A stretch of 64,000 bases of DNA from Dehalococcoidia bacterium (GTDB lineage Bacteria > Chloroflexota > Dehalococcoidia > DSTF01 > WHTK01), in NCBI GenBank assembly GCA_965225815.1, contig CBDDBP010000007.1:221621-285620 (forward strand), read 5' to 3'. The translations under genes were made by a program, and so were the position numbers. The notes beneath the pieces were generated by a model. That model was given only the letters and a program-made list of their open reading frames with translations, did not search any database and had not been told where the DNA came from. The stretch's first letter is position 1. Each line of letters begins with the position of its first letter. Of the stretch, positions 47,854 through 58,230 are shown piece after piece.

Positions 47854-48524
47854 AACTGACGGTGTACGACATCAGCGGCAAAGAAGTCGACAGCTTGGAA
47901 GCGGACGACCTCGTCTTCGGACTGACGCCGCATCACGCCTCGATGCGTCAGGCGCTTCTGGCGCAGCTGGCCAACCGTCGCGCCGGCAGCGCGAATACGA
48001 AGACTCGAGGCGAGGTGCGCGGTTCGACTCGCAAGATCCGGCGTCAGAAGGGCATCGGCGCCTCGCGCCAGGGAGCGATTCGGGCGCCGCACCACCGCCA
48101 CGGTGGTATCTCCTTCGGGCCGAAGCCGCGCTCATTCAAGCAGGCGTTGCCGAAGCGTGTGCGCCGGCTGGCGATCCGTTCGGCGATCTCGTCAAAGGCA
48201 CAAGACGGAGAGCTCAAGGTCGTACGCGGTCTGGGCCTGGACTCGCCGAAGACGCGCGCCGTGAAAGACATGCTCGCAAGCCTGGAGATAACGCGCTCCG
48301 TGTTGCTGGTCACGGCGACTTCCGATCGGAACATCTTGCTCAGCGCCAGGAACTTGCCGAAGACGCGGGCGCTGGCGGCGGACTACCTCAACGTTGGGGA
48401 CCTGATGACCGCACGATCCCTGGTGATGACGGAAGACGCAGTACGCCGTGCCGAAGCGCTATGGGGCGGCGAACGCGCCAGCAAGCGCATCGCAGCGGTG
48501 CCGGAGGCGGCGACACATGGATAA
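47850..48524 (+). CDS. rplD: 50S ribosomal protein L4
   Basis: Canonical L4. ATG overlaps the L3 stop. Confidence 0.9.
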   Translation: MKLTVYDISGKEVDSLEADDLVFGLTPHHASMRQALLAQLANRRAGSANTKTRGEVRGSTRKIRRQKGIGASRQGAIRAPHHRHGGISFGPKPRSFKQALPKRVRRLAIRSAISSKAQDGELKVVRGLGLDSPKTRAVKDMLASLEITRSVLLVTATSDRNILLSARNLPKTRALAADYLNVGDLMTARSLVMTEDAVRRAEALWGGERASKRIAAVPEAATHG

Positions 48525-48822
48525 ATCAATAAACCCGTATGTCGTGATTCGACGGCCGCTGGTGACTGAGAAGAGCACCGCGCTGGCGGGCGCGAACAAG
48601 TACGTCTTCGAAGTGGACTATCGCGCCAACAAGCCACAGATCAAAGAAGCTGTCGAGAAGGCATTCGACGTCACGGTGACCGCCGTCAACGTGCTGATTA
48701 TGAAGGGCAAGACCCGCGGCGGCCGTCGATTCGGGCGCCGCACGACTACGGCGTCGGACTGGAAGAAAGCGATCGTTACGCTGTCAGCGGACGACCACAT
48801 AGAACTGTTCGAGGGAGTGTAA
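48517..48822 (+). CDS. rplW: 50S ribosomal protein L23
   Basis: [20 protein letters not shown]...; internal ATG at 48517 overlaps the L4 stop. The track ORF starts upstream at 48448. Confidence 0.85.
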   Translation: MDKSINPYVVIRRPLVTEKSTALAGANKYVFEVDYRANKPQIKEAVEKAFDVTVTAVNVLIMKGKTRGGRRFGRRTTTASDWKKAIVTLSADDHIELFEGV

Positions 48823-48823
48823 G

Positions 48824-49651
48824 GTGCCGGTAAAACAGTACAAACCAACCTCCCCCGGAGTGCGCGGGGCCAGCGGCTACACCTTCAGCGAAATCACGAC
48901 GAAGAAGCCGGAGAAGTCGCTGACCGTCTCCAAGAAGCGGATGGCGGGACGTAACAACCAGGGCAAGATCACCGTGAGGCATCGCGGTGGCGGCGCTCGG
49001 CGCAAGCTACGAATCATTGATTTCAAGCGCAACAAGACTGGCGTGCCCGGAAAGGTCGCTTCGATTGAGTACGACCCCAACCGAACGGCTCGCATCGCGC
49101 TGATTCATTACCGCGATGGCGAAAAGCGCTACATCCTGGCGCCGACCGGATTGCAAGTCGGTGCGATGGTACAGGCAGGCCCGACAGCAGAGATTCGTAT
49201 TGGCAACGCGTTGCCTTTGCGCAGCATGCCGTCAGGCACCGTGGTTCACAACATCGAGCTGATCGTCGGCCGCGGCGGCCAGATCGTGCGCAGCGCCGGC
49301 GGTTCAGCGCAGCTCATGGCGAAAGAGGACAAGTACGCCCTGCTTCGTCTTCCGTCAGGGGAGATGAGGCGGGTCCCGGCCGATTGCATGGCGACGGTTG
49401 GGCAGGTTAGCAACCCGGAACACCAGCTGATAAAGCTGGGCAAAGCGGGCCGCATCCGTCACAAGGGTCGCCGGCCGCAGGTTCGCGGCTCCGCGATGAA
49501 CCCCGTCGACCACCCGCACGGCGGTGGTGAGGGCAAGTCGCCGATCGGCCACCCGGGGCCCAAGACGCCATGGGGCAAGCCGACTTTGGGTTACCGGACA
49601 CGAGGCAAGAAGCAGAGCGACCGGCTAATTGTCCGGCGACGCTACAAGTAG
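48824..49651 (+). CDS. rplB: 50S ribosomal protein L2
   Basis: Canonical L2 (...HPHGGGEGK...). GTG start. Confidence 0.95.
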   Translation: MPVKQYKPTSPGVRGASGYTFSEITTKKPEKSLTVSKKRMAGRNNQGKITVRHRGGGARRKLRIIDFKRNKTGVPGKVASIEYDPNRTARIALIHYRDGEKRYILAPTGLQVGAMVQAGPTAEIRIGNALPLRSMPSGTVVHNIELIVGRGGQIVRSAGGSAQLMAKEDKYALLRLPSGEMRRVPADCMATVGQVSNPEHQLIKLGKAGRIRHKGRRPQVRGSAMNPVDHPHGGGEGKSPIGHPGPKTPWGKPTLGYRTRGKKQSDRLIVRRRYK

Positions 49652-49663
49652 GAGATATAGCGA

Positions 49664-49954
49664 GTGTCGCGATCTACCAAGAAGGGCCCGTTCATCGATG
49701 CGAAGCTACTCAAGAAGGTTGAGGCGCTGCAACGTACCGGTGCGCGCACGGTAATTCGGACCTGGTCGCGGGCATCGACGATTATGCCGGAGATGGTTGG
49801 CGTGACGATCGCAGTACATGATGGACGCCGACACGTACCGGTATTCATCACGGAAAACATGGTGGGTCACCGCCTGGGCGAATTCGCCATGACTCGAACG
49901 TTCCGCGGCCACGCGGGCCGTTCCGAGCGGACTACGCAGGTTCGGAGGAATTAG
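49664..49954 (+). CDS. rpsS: 30S ribosomal protein S19
   Basis: [11 protein letters not shown].... GTG start. Confidence 0.9.
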   Translation: MSRSTKKGPFIDAKLLKKVEALQRTGARTVIRTWSRASTIMPEMVGVTIAVHDGRRHVPVFITENMVGHRLGEFAMTRTFRGHAGRSERTTQVRRN

Positions 49955-50289
49955 TGGAAGTCCAAGCGACCGCCTCCAATCTGCGAATTTCGCCGCGCAA
50001 GGTGCGCTTGCTCCTGGAGCCAATCAAGGGTCGCCGGGTGGACGAGGCCGTCGCGATTTTGCGCAACGCGCCGATGCCAGTGGCACGAAAGGTAGAGAAG
50101 ATCGTGCGTTCGGCAGCAGCGAACGCGGAGAACAACTACCAGCTCTCACCGGACGATCTGCGCGTGAAGGCCGCCTGGGCCAATGAGGGCACGCGATTGA
50201 AGCGCTTTCGGGCCGGCGCTCGAGGGCGCCCCAAGCCGTGGGTGCGACGCTTCGCGCACGTGACGATAGTCGTAGAAGACAGGGCATAA
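49954..50289 (+). CDS. rplV: 50S ribosomal protein L22
   Basis: Canonical L22. GTG overlaps the S19 stop. Confidence 0.9.
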   Translation: MEVQATASNLRISPRKVRLLLEPIKGRRVDEAVAILRNAPMPVARKVEKIVRSAAANAENNYQLSPDDLRVKAAWANEGTRLKRFRAGARGRPKPWVRRFAHVTIVVEDRA

Positions 50290-50292
50290 AGT

Positions 50293-51379
50293 ATGGGTCA
50301 CAAGACGCATCCGATCGGCTTCCGCCTGGGAATCCTGTATCCGTGGCAGAGCAAGTGGTACGCCGACAAAAACTACACAGAGCTGCTGCACGAGGACCTG
50401 GGCCTGCGCAAGATGATCCTGGCGCGCCTGTCCGATGCGGCGGTATCTCGGGTTGAGCTGGAACGCAACGCGAACCAGGTCATCGTCACGATTCATACGG
50501 CAAAGCCCGGCATCGTCATCGGCCGAGGTGGTCAGAAGGTCGATGAGCTTCGCGGCGACCTCGAGAAGAAGACGGGCCGCAGGATCCGGGTGAATATCGT
50601 CGAGATCCGCCAGCCGGAACTCGACGCCTACCTGGTAGCGCGCAGCGTCGCAGACCAGCTGGAACGCCGGGTGGCTTTCCGCCGGGCAATGAAGCAGGCG
50701 GTGACTCGGACGATGCAGCGTGGCGCGCGCGGCGTGAAAATAACGGTCGGCGGACGCCTTGGTGGTTCTGAGATGTCGCGTCGCGAGACGGAAAAAGACG
50801 GCCGTGTGCCGCTGCATACGCTGCGAGCAGATGTTGACTTTGGCCAGGCCGAAGCGGCGACGACATTCGGCCGAATCGGCGTGAAGGCGTGGATCTACCG
50901 CGGCGACATCATGCCTGAGCCGAGTGCGGCACGCCCCGGCGAAGAAGAGACAAGCCTGCCTCCGACGCCGGTCACCCCTGTTGCGCGGCGGCGGCACCGG
51001 TTGCCCCCGCCGCACCTGTGGCCGAGGCGGCACCGGTTGCCCCCGCCGCACCTGTGGCCGAGGCGGCACCGGTTGCCCCCGCCGCACCTGTGGCCGAGGC
51101 GGCACCGGTTGCCCCCGCCGCACCTGTGGCCGAGGCGGCACCGGTTGCCCCCGCCGCACCTGTGGCCGAGGCGGCACCGGTTGCCCCCGCCGCACCTGTG
51201 GCCAGGCGGCACCGGTTGCCCCTGCAGCACCTGTAGCTGAGGCGGCTCCAGCCGCACCCGCCGCACCTGTAGCCGAGGCACCGAGCCCGCCGGCAGCAGA
51301 AGCGCCGCTCGCAGCACCAGAGACTACGGCGGCCGAGCCAGCGGCGTCGGAAGAAACGCCAGGAAGCGGGGAGGCCTAG
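50293..51379 (+). CDS. rpsC: 30S ribosomal protein S3 with Ala/Pro/Val/Glu-rich tandem-repeat C-terminal tail; the tail frame is interrupted twice in this sequence
   Basis: The canonical S3 KH/C-terminal domains run in frame 1 to about 50985. The plausible tail ([12 protein letters not shown] repeats ... GEA*) lies in frame 0 across the repeats and frame 2 after a 1-nt deletion in copy 6. It ends 3 nt before rplP. The uninterrupted frame 1 would encode [12 protein letters not shown] x6 and then a TAG at 51238. Confidence 0.75.
50992..51278 (+). repeat. 36-nt tandem repeat (cggcaccggttgcccccgccgcacctgtggccgagg): 5 identical copies, a sixth with a 1-nt deletion, then 2 diverged copies, inside rpsC
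   Basis: Read directly. Substitutions in copies 7 and 8 are synonymous only in the Ala/Pro frame. Confidence 0.8.
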
Positions 51380-51382
51380 CCG

Positions 51383-51808
51383 ATGCTGCAGCCAAAACGC
51401 GTCAAGTATCGCAAGCACCATCGCGGGCACCGCCGAGGCATGGCGAACTCCGGCAACGTGCTGTCGTTCGGCGACATCGGGTTGCAATCGACGAGTGCCG
51501 CGTGGGTCGACAGTCGGCAGATTGAGGCGGCACGCCGTGCGATTACGCACCACCTGCGCCGCGGTGGAAAAGTCTGGATTCGGATCTTCCCGGACAAGCC
51601 CGTGACGAAGAAGCCGGCCGAAGTCCGCATGGGTTCCGGTAAGGGACCTGTCGATCGCTGGGTGGCCGTGGTGCGGCCGGGCCGCATGTTGTTCGAAATC
51701 GCCGGTGTGCGCGAAGACGTGGCGAAGGAAGCACTGCGCCTGGCGTCGCACAAACTGCCGTGTTCGACACGGGTGCAGGAGAAGATCCTCGAGGGTGTGT
51801 CCTCATGA
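51383..51808 (+). CDS. rplP: 50S ribosomal protein L16
   Basis: Canonical L16. 141 aa. Confidence 0.9.
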   Translation: MLQPKRVKYRKHHRGHRRGMANSGNVLSFGDIGLQSTSAAWVDSRQIEAARRAITHHLRRGGKVWIRIFPDKPVTKKPAEVRMGSGKGPVDRWVAVVRPGRMLFEIAGVREDVAKEALRLASHKLPCSTRVQEKILEGVSS

Positions 51809-52029
51809 CACGGAAGAATGACGCCTTCGATGAGCTGACCGCGATGGACGCGACGCGCCTCAGCAAGGAGCTGGACGACACGTACCGTCAGCTCTTTACG
51901 CTGCGGCTGCAGGTGGCAACCCGTCAGCTTCAGGATGTGAAGGAAATTGGCAAGGTGAGGAAGAAGATCGCACGCATCAAGACGCTACAACGTCAACGCG
52001 AGCTTGCGACTTTAGGAGTTAGCGAGTGA
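51805..52029 (+). CDS. rpmC: 50S ribosomal protein L29
   Basis: [23 protein letters not shown]...; ATG overlaps the L16 stop (ATGA). The track ORF starts upstream at 51760. Confidence 0.85.
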   Translation: MTRKNDAFDELTAMDATRLSKELDDTYRQLFTLRLQVATRQLQDVKEIGKVRKKIARIKTLQRQRELATLGVSE

Positions 52030-52634
52030 GCGAGAGTACGCGAGGGCGTCGCAAGAGCCTGATAGGAACTGTTGTCAGCGTCAAGATGGAAAAGACGGCT
52101 GTCGTGTCGGTAGAGCGCCGTTATCCGCATCAGCTCTATCACAAGATCATCCGATCGACGAAGCGCTACAAGGCGCACGATCCGCTCAACGCAGCGGTCC
52201 TGGGTGACACGGTCCGCATCGTGGAGACGCGTCCGATTTCGAAAGAGAAGCGATGGCGCATCTCCGAGACGATGACGCGCGGCAACGTGGCCGACATCGC
52301 GCCGCGTGAGATCGGCGTGCCCGAAGAAGGTCTGTATCATCCGGAGCGCCCAGACCCGGCGCCGGCGGCTGTAGCAGAAGCCGCGGTTGAGGCGGAGACC
52401 CCGGAGGCGGCAACCGAAGCGGCGTCTGCGGAAGAAACGTCACCAGCGGCTGAAGCACAGGCTGCAGTTGAGGCGGAGACCCCGGAGGTGACAACCGAGG
52501 TGGCGTCCGTTGCGGATGAGGCTCCGGTCGCTGAGCCGGAAGCGGCTCCGGCCGCTGAGCCGGAGGCGACACCAGCCGCTGAGGTCGGAGAGACGACTGG
52601 GGAAGAGCCGGCAGAGGGCGGCGAAAAGGAATGA
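52026..52634 (+). CDS. rpsQ: 30S ribosomal protein S17 with ~110-aa Ala/Glu/Pro-rich C-terminal extension
   Basis: Canonical S17 OB-fold core, then ...[22 protein letters not shown]...[12 protein letters not shown] overlaps the L29 stop. Confidence 0.85.
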   Translation: MSESTRGRRKSLIGTVVSVKMEKTAVVSVERRYPHQLYHKIIRSTKRYKAHDPLNAAVLGDTVRIVETRPISKEKRWRISETMTRGNVADIAPREIGVPEEGLYHPERPDPAPAAVAEAAVEAETPEAATEAASAEETSPAAEAQAAVEAETPEVTTEVASVADEAPVAEPEAAPAAEPEATPAAEVGETTGEEPAEGGEKE

Positions 52635-52999
52635 TCCAGAAATTCAGCCGTCTCAAGGTTGCGGACAACTCGGGCGCGCGCGAAATCATGTGCATCCAGG
52701 TGCTCGGCGGGACGCGCCGTCGCTACGCCAGCGTGGGCGACACGATCGTGGCGTCCGTCAAGCTGGCGCAGCCGAATGCCGCGGTGAAAAAGGGCGAAGT
52801 TGTGAGAGCGGTGGTTGTCAGGACGGCGAAAGGCTATGGCCGGCCGGATGGCTCTTACATTCAGTTCGACGAAAATGCCGCCGTGGTGCTGTCCGACACA
52901 CAGAACCCGCGAGGCACCCGCATTTTCGGGCCCGTGGCTCGCGAGCTGCGAGAGCGCAACTACATGAAAATCGTCTCGCTGGCGCCGGAGGTCATCTAA
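52631..52999 (+). CDS. rplN: 50S ribosomal protein L14
   Basis: [17 protein letters not shown].... 122 aa. Confidence 0.9.
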   Translation: MIQKFSRLKVADNSGAREIMCIQVLGGTRRRYASVGDTIVASVKLAQPNAAVKKGEVVRAVVVRTAKGYGRPDGSYIQFDENAAVVLSDTQNPRGTRIFGPVARELRERNYMKIVSLAPEVI

Positions 53000-53322
53000 T
53001 GAGTGGCATTCGGCGCAATGACAACGTCCAGGTCAATACAGGTAAGGACCGCGGCAAGCAAGGCCAGGTTCGGGAAGTGATCAAGAAGAGTAACCGAGTG
53101 GTGGTTGACGGCATCAACATGATGAAGAAGCATCAGCGTCCGTCACAGCAGGCCGGCGTCCCTGTGCCCGGTTCGGTAGTGACCCGCGAGGCGCCGCTAC
53201 ACATGTCGAATGTCATGGTGGTGTGTTCGGAGTGCAATCAGGCGACGCGTACGGGACGCCGACTGCGACCGGATGGCGTCAAGGTGCGGGTTTGTAAGCG
53301 GTGTGGAGCCGACATTGACTAA
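52999..53322 (+). CDS. rplX: 50S ribosomal protein L24 (KOW) with C-terminal Cys4 zinc-ribbon-like motif
   Basis: [24 protein letters not shown]... KOW core, then VVCSECNQ...VCKRCG. ATG overlaps the L14 stop. The track ORF begins far upstream at 52510. Confidence 0.85.
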   Translation: MSGIRRNDNVQVNTGKDRGKQGQVREVIKKSNRVVVDGINMMKKHQRPSQQAGVPVPGSVVTREAPLHMSNVMVVCSECNQATRTGRRLRPDGVKVRVCKRCGADID

Positions 53323-53881
53323 CAGCGTCGCAACCCGAGTCCAAGACCTCTATAAGGAGCAGGTGTACCCGACGCTTCAGCGTGAGTTCAATTACACCAA
53401 CGTCATGGAAGTACCGAAGCTCACGAAGATCATGCTGAACATCGGCCTGGGTGAGGCGCGTGAGAACGCGAAAGCGCTCGATACCGCTTCAGCAGACCTG
53501 TCAACGATCACGGGGCAGAAGCCGGTGATCACGCGATCGAAGAAGTCGATCGCCAACTTCCGATTGCGCGAAGGCATGCCAATCGGCGTCGTGGTTACTC
53601 TGCGCGGCAGGCGCATGTATGAGTTCTTCGATCGACTGGTGAACGCCGCTTTGCCACGTATCCGTGACTTTCGGGGCTGCTCATCGAAGGCCTTCGACGG
53701 CCGGGGCAACTACAGCCTTGGCGTCAGGGAGCAGCTGATCTTTCCGGAGATCGATTACGACCAGATCGACCGCATCCGCGGTATGCAGATCAACATCGGC
53801 ACTTCGGCTCGCAACGATGAAGAAGGCAAACGCTTACTCGAGCTGCTTGGTATGCCATTCGACAAGCCCGAGGGGAGATAG
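53303..53881 (+). CDS. rplE: 50S ribosomal protein L5
   Basis: ...[37 protein letters not shown].... GTG 53303 or TTG 53315. The track ORF starts at 53210. Confidence 0.85.
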   Translation: MEPTLTNSVATRVQDLYKEQVYPTLQREFNYTNVMEVPKLTKIMLNIGLGEARENAKALDTASADLSTITGQKPVITRSKKSIANFRLREGMPIGVVVTLRGRRMYEFFDRLVNAALPRIRDFRGCSSKAFDGRGNYSLGVREQLIFPEIDYDQIDRIRGMQINIGTSARNDEEGKRLLELLGMPFDKPEGR

Positions 53882-53883
53882 CC

Positions 53884-54069
53884 GTGGCCAAGATATCGAT
53901 GATCGTCAAAGGCAACCGGACGCCGAAGTATCCGGTCCAAAAGCGCAGCCGCTGCAGGTTGTGCGGCAGGCCGCGTGGTTATATGCGCAAGTTCGCGCTG
54001 TGTCGCATCTGCTTCCGCAAGCTGGCGCTTGAGGGTCAGATTCCCGGCGTGACGAAGTCGAGCTGGTAG
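53884..54069 (+). CDS. rpsZ: 30S ribosomal protein S14 type Z (zinc-binding)
   Basis: 61 aa with CRLCGRP...CRICFR Cys4. Confidence 0.85.
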   Translation: MAKISMIVKGNRTPKYPVQKRSRCRLCGRPRGYMRKFALCRICFRKLALEGQIPGVTKSSW

Positions 54070-54081
54070 GGGGCAATTCGC

Positions 54082-54480
54082 GTGACGATGACTGATCCCA
54101 TCGCTGACATGCTGACGCGCATCCGAAACGGAGTTTCGGCGAAGCATGACAACGTACAAATGCCGACTTCCAAGATCAAAGTGGCCATTGCCAAGGTGCT
54201 CAAGGAGGAGGGCTTCATCCGAGATTTCCAGGTCTCGGAAGAGGTGCCGCGTTCGATGTTGAAGATCGACCTGAGCTACACGGGCCGCAAGGACCCGGTG
54301 CTTTCTGGCATCAAGCGGGTCAGCAAGCCAGGCCTGCGTGTTTACGTCCAGAAGCGCGAAATACCGCGCGTGCTGGGCGGCCTGGGTGTGGCGATTCTTT
54401 CGACTCCAGAAGGGGTCATGACCGGCCAGCATGCCCGTCAAAAGGCAATCGGTGGCGAGATTCTTTGCTATGTGTGGTAA
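54082..54480 (+). CDS. rpsH: 30S ribosomal protein S8
   Basis: [15 protein letters not shown].... GTG 54082 or ATG 54088. Confidence 0.9.
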   Translation: MTMTDPIADMLTRIRNGVSAKHDNVQMPTSKIKVAIAKVLKEEGFIRDFQVSEEVPRSMLKIDLSYTGRKDPVLSGIKRVSKPGLRVYVQKREIPRVLGGLGVAILSTPEGVMTGQHARQKAIGGEILCYVW

Positions 54481-54483
54481 ACG

Positions 54484-55023
54484 ATGTCACGAATAGGTAG
54501 GGCGCCGATCCCAGTACCGTCCTCGGTGAAAGTCGAGATCGAGGGTCGCCATATTAGCGTCACGGGCCCAAAGGGCACGCTGGAGCGCGAAGTGGTGCCA
54601 GAAGTCAGGTTGCACCAGGAAGACGGTCAGTTGCTGGTGACGCGACCGAACGACCAGCCACGAGAGCGGGCCATGCACGGCCTGACGCGCGCCCTGCTGT
54701 CAAACATGGTCGTTGGTGTTTCGGACGGGTTTAGCAAGACGCTGGAACTGGTTGGCGTCGGCTATCGGGCGCAGATGCAGGGTTCCGATCTGGTCCTGGC
54801 GCTGGGCTTTTCACATCCTGTAAAGGTTGCAGCGCCGGAGGGCATTTCTTTTGTAGTCGAGGGTCCTCGCGTGACGGTCTCGGGTATCGACCGTCAGGTC
54901 GTCGGGCAAGTCGCCGCGGATATTCGCAAACTGCGCCCGCCGGAGCCATATCTCGGCAAGGGTGTTCGATATCAGGGTGAATACGTCCGCCGCAAGGCGG
55001 GTAAGTCAGGCAAGGGCCGGTAG
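54484..55023 (+). CDS. rplF: 50S ribosomal protein L6
   Basis: Canonical L6. 179 aa. Confidence 0.9.
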   Translation: MSRIGRAPIPVPSSVKVEIEGRHISVTGPKGTLEREVVPEVRLHQEDGQLLVTRPNDQPRERAMHGLTRALLSNMVVGVSDGFSKTLELVGVGYRAQMQGSDLVLALGFSHPVKVAAPEGISFVVEGPRVTVSGIDRQVVGQVAADIRKLRPPEPYLGKGVRYQGEYVRRKAGKSGKGR

Positions 55024-55025
55024 GA

Positions 55026-55394
55026 ATGAAGAAGAGCGCAACAAATCGCGCCGCCCGGATCAGGCGTCATGTACGCGTCCGGCGTCGTGTCGAAGGCACC
55101 GGCGAGAAGCCGCGACTCTGCGTATTTCGCAGCCTGTCGCACATCTACGCTCAGGTTATCGATGACGTCGCCCGGGTGACGATTGTCTCGGCATCAGACG
55201 TGGAGAAAGACGTCGCCACCAATGCGGGCGACAAGAAGAAGTCGGACGTGGCGACGCTGGTCGGGACCCTGGTCGCAGAGCGCGCCAAAGAAAAGGGAGT
55301 GACGAAGGTGGTCTTCGACCGCGGGGGCTATCCCTTCCATGGCCGGATCAAGGCGTTGGCGGAAGCGGCGCGGGCCGGCGGACTGAACTTCTAA
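55026..55394 (+). CDS. rplR: 50S ribosomal protein L18
   Basis: Canonical L18. 122 aa. Confidence 0.9.
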   Translation: MKKSATNRAARIRRHVRVRRRVEGTGEKPRLCVFRSLSHIYAQVIDDVARVTIVSASDVEKDVATNAGDKKKSDVATLVGTLVAERAKEKGVTKVVFDRGGYPFHGRIKALAEAARAGGLNF

Positions 55395-55407
55395 AGAGGA
55401 ATCACGA

Positions 55408-55920
55408 ATGGTACTGGCTTCAGAACGAATCGATACGTCCGGCCTCGATCTTCAAGAGAAGGTCGTGTTCATCAACCGCGTGGCGAAGGTGGTGAAGGGC
55501 GGACGTCGCTTTAGCTTCACAGCCGTTGTGGTTGTGGGCGATCACCTGGGACACGTGGGAGCCGGGATGGGCAAGGCGAATGAAGTGCCGGATGCGATCC
55601 GCAAAGGCGCCTTCATCGCTCGCAAGAACCTGATCAAAGTACCGCTGACAGACACAGCGACTCTGCCCCACACAGTGACTACCAAGTTCAAAGCGGCGCA
55701 GGTGCTGATGAAGCCCGCGGCTCCCGGAACCGGCTTGATCGCCGGTGGTGGGGTGCGTTCCGTCCTCGAAATGGCGGGCGTCAAAGACGTGTTGGCGAAG
55801 TCGCTGGGCAGCTCCAACGTGATGAACGTGGTCCAAGCAACGATTAACGGCCTGATGGAGCTGCGGGACCCGAAGCAGCAGCGCGAACGGCGCCTGGCCG
55901 CGTCTGGCGCCAGAGGTTAG
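55408..55920 (+). CDS. rpsE: 30S ribosomal protein S5
   Basis: Canonical S5 (...[18 protein letters not shown]...). 170 aa. Confidence 0.9.
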   Translation: MVLASERIDTSGLDLQEKVVFINRVAKVVKGGRRFSFTAVVVVGDHLGHVGAGMGKANEVPDAIRKGAFIARKNLIKVPLTDTATLPHTVTTKFKAAQVLMKPAAPGTGLIAGGGVRSVLEMAGVKDVLAKSLGSSNVMNVVQATINGLMELRDPKQQRERRLAASGARG

Positions 55921-56111
55921 TGATGGCCCGACTCAAGATAACGCTGACGAAGAGTCCAATCAGCCAAAAGAAGAACCAACAGTTGACGGTGAGATCGCTT
56001 GGCCTGCGGCGCGTGCGGCAGAGTGTTACGGTGGAAGACACACGTAGCAACCGAGGCATGATTCTCACAGTCCGCCACCTGGTTGAAGTGGAAGAAGAGG
56101 GGGAGGCGTAG
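55920..56111 (+). CDS. rpmD: 50S ribosomal protein L30
   Basis: ARLKITLTKSPI.... 63 aa. Confidence 0.8.
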   Translation: MMARLKITLTKSPISQKKNQQLTVRSLGLRRVRQSVTVEDTRSNRGMILTVRHLVEVEEEGEA

Positions 56112-56812
56112 TGCGGCCGAACGATCTCACCCCGGTCCCCGGGTCCATCCACAAGAAGAAGCGAATCGGCCGAGGCAACTCCAGCGGTCATGGCACCTAC
56201 GCGACGCGTGGCCTAAAGGGTCAGAAATCACGTTCCGGCCGTGACCTGCGTATTGGCTTCGAGGGTGGCCAGAACCCACTGGTACGTTCGCTTTCGCGCA
56301 AGCGTGGCTTTAAGAACCGCTTCCGAATCGATTACGAGGCCGTCAATGTAGGCGATCTGGCAATACTCCCAGCGGGCGACGTCACAAGCGAGAGCCTGAG
56401 GACGGCCGGCATCGTCAAGTCGGCCCGAAAGCCAGTCAAGATCCTCGGCGACGGCGAAATCAGCGTGGCCTTGAACATCGAGGTCGAAAAGATATCTGCC
56501 AGCGCGAAGACGAAGATTGAGAACGCGGGCGGCACGGCGACCATGCTGGTGCCGCCGAAAGAGAAGAAGCTACGTTACGCGGGCGACAGCCAAGGCGCGC
56601 GCGACGACGATGAGGACACCGAGGCGCCGGCCGCGAGCCAGCCGATTGCTGAAGTTCCGGCCGCGGATGCGTCTGCTGAGGCACCCGCCACCGAAGCAGA
56701 GGCAGAGGCGAAGCCGGCGAGACGCGCACGCGCACCGCGTAAGGCCACACCTGCCCCCGAAACTGAGAGTGAAAGTAGTGAAGAAGGCGGCGAGGGCGGT
56801 TCGGAGGCTTAA
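56111..56812 (+). CDS. rplO: 50S ribosomal protein L15 with ~90-aa acidic Ala/Glu/Pro-rich C-terminal extension
   Basis: MRPNDLTPVPGS...KKRIGRGNSSGHGTY... core, then ...DDDEDTEAPAASQPIAEVPAADASAEAPATEAEAEAKP...SEEGGEGGSEA. GTG start. Confidence 0.85.
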   Translation: MRPNDLTPVPGSIHKKKRIGRGNSSGHGTYATRGLKGQKSRSGRDLRIGFEGGQNPLVRSLSRKRGFKNRFRIDYEAVNVGDLAILPAGDVTSESLRTAGIVKSARKPVKILGDGEISVALNIEVEKISASAKTKIENAGGTATMLVPPKEKKLRYAGDSQGARDDDEDTEAPAASQPIAEVPAADASAEAPATEAEAEAKPARRARAPRKATPAPETESESSEEGGEGGSEA

Positions 56813-56814
56813 AC

Positions 56815-58164
56815 ATGGCTCTCGCGGGCGGTAGAACCCAACAGCCGTCTAGACCGCGCCTCCTGCAGGCGATGATCGACTCCTGGAACCAGGAGGACGT
56901 CAGGGCGAAGCTTCTCTTTGTTTTCGCGATGTTGGTGGTCTTCCGGTTCGTCGCGCATATCCCGATTCCCGGTGTGAACCCGGCTCTGCTGGACGAGGCG
57001 TTCGAATCAGACTCGAGCACTGCGGCGTTTCTGGGCACGCTGAATATCTTCAGTGGCGGTGCTCTGCGTCAGCTAAGCGTCGCCGCGCTGGGTGTTTACC
57101 CGTATATCACAGCATCGATCATCATGAACATCATGACGCCGATGGTGCCGAGCTTGCAGGCGCTGTCGCGCGAGGGCGAGCAAGGGCGTAATCGGATTCA
57201 GCTCTACACGCACTGGATGGCGGTGCCGCTGGCGATTGTCCAAGGCTACAGCCAGCTATTGATCCTGGAGCAGGCCGGCGCCGTCAGCAACATCGGCTTC
57301 ACCGGTCCGGAGGCGCTTCCGACTTTCGCGGCGGTGATGTCGATGGCGGCTGGAACAATGTTCCTGGTCTGGCTGGGGGAGTTGATTACGGAGAAAGGCA
57401 TCGGCAACGGTATCTCACTGATCATCTTCGGTGGAATCGTGGCCGGAGTCCCCACACTGCTGCCGACAATCTTTGACTCGAGTATCTCTTTCTTCGGTAT
57501 CTTTCTGCTGGCGCTCATCGTTCTGGTGGCGGTTTCGTCGATCGTTTTCTTCCAGGAGGCGCAGCGGCGCATACCAGTGCAGTACTCTCGGACGCAGTTC
57601 CGTGGTGGCCGCCAGTATCGACAACAGGGGTCGACGCATATCCCGCTGCGTATCCTCTCAGCCGGAATGATCCCGATCATCTTCGCCTACTCGATCATGC
57701 TGGTGCCGTCGTTCATGGGTGAGACGTTGGCGACATCGAGCGGCGGATTCGGCAACGACGTGGGCAACATTCTGACGAACGTCTTCGGACAGCAGAACCT
57801 GCCGTATTACCTGGTCGTCTTCCTGTTTGTAGTCATGTTTACGTACTTCTACACGTTGGTGACGTACGCCCAGCAGAACCTGGCGGAGAACCTGCAAAAA
57901 CAGGGCGGCTTTGTGCCCGGTATCAGGCCCGGCAAGCCGACCAACGACTACATCACCCGCGTCCTGGTTCGAATTACCGCCGCCGGGGCGATTTTCCTGG
58001 GCATCATCGCCGTAATGCCGTTCTTCGTCACGGCACTAACCAACGTGCAGGCTTTAACGATCACCGGTACGGGCTTGCTGATCGTGGTCGGCGTCGTACT
58101 AGATACGATGAAGCAACTGGAGGCGCAGCTTATGATGCGCAACTACTCCGGGTTCATCAGGTGA
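56815..58164 (+). CDS. secY: preprotein translocase subunit SecY
   Basis: Ten TM helices with SecY signature regions. 449 aa. Confidence 0.9.
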   Translation: MALAGGRTQQPSRPRLLQAMIDSWNQEDVRAKLLFVFAMLVVFRFVAHIPIPGVNPALLDEAFESDSSTAAFLGTLNIFSGGALRQLSVAALGVYPYITASIIMNIMTPMVPSLQALSREGEQGRNRIQLYTHWMAVPLAIVQGYSQLLILEQAGAVSNIGFTGPEALPTFAAVMSMAAGTMFLVWLGELITEKGIGNGISLIIFGGIVAGVPTLLPTIFDSSISFFGIFLLALIVLVAVSSIVFFQEAQRRIPVQYSRTQFRGGRQYRQQGSTHIPLRILSAGMIPIIFAYSIMLVPSFMGETLATSSGGFGNDVGNILTNVFGQQNLPYYLVVFLFVVMFTYFYTLVTYAQQNLAENLQKQGGFVPGIRPGKPTNDYITRVLVRITAAGAIFLGIIAVMPFFVTALTNVQALTITGTGLLIVVGVVLDTMKQLEAQLMMRNYSGFIR

Positions 58165-58230
58165 GCCCTCTAAAACGCGAGGCGCCAAAGCCGGCACCAA
58201 AGGGATACAGATGAAAGCGGACGGGGCTCC

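Noticed and set aside
47202-48532. Large ORFs overlapping rplC/rplD (47202..48101 -, 47498..48532 +)
   Set aside because: They overlap canonical, highly conserved ribosomal protein genes and translate to low-complexity Ala/Ser/Arg-rich sequence.
50146-51751. Long ORFs antisense to, or frame-shifted over, rpsC/rplP (e.g. 50146..51195 -, 50972..51751 -, 50924..51379 +, 51018..51236 +)
   Set aside because: They are artefacts of GC-rich repeat DNA. Parts of the + frames are actually the displaced S3 tail (see the rpsC finding), not independent genes.
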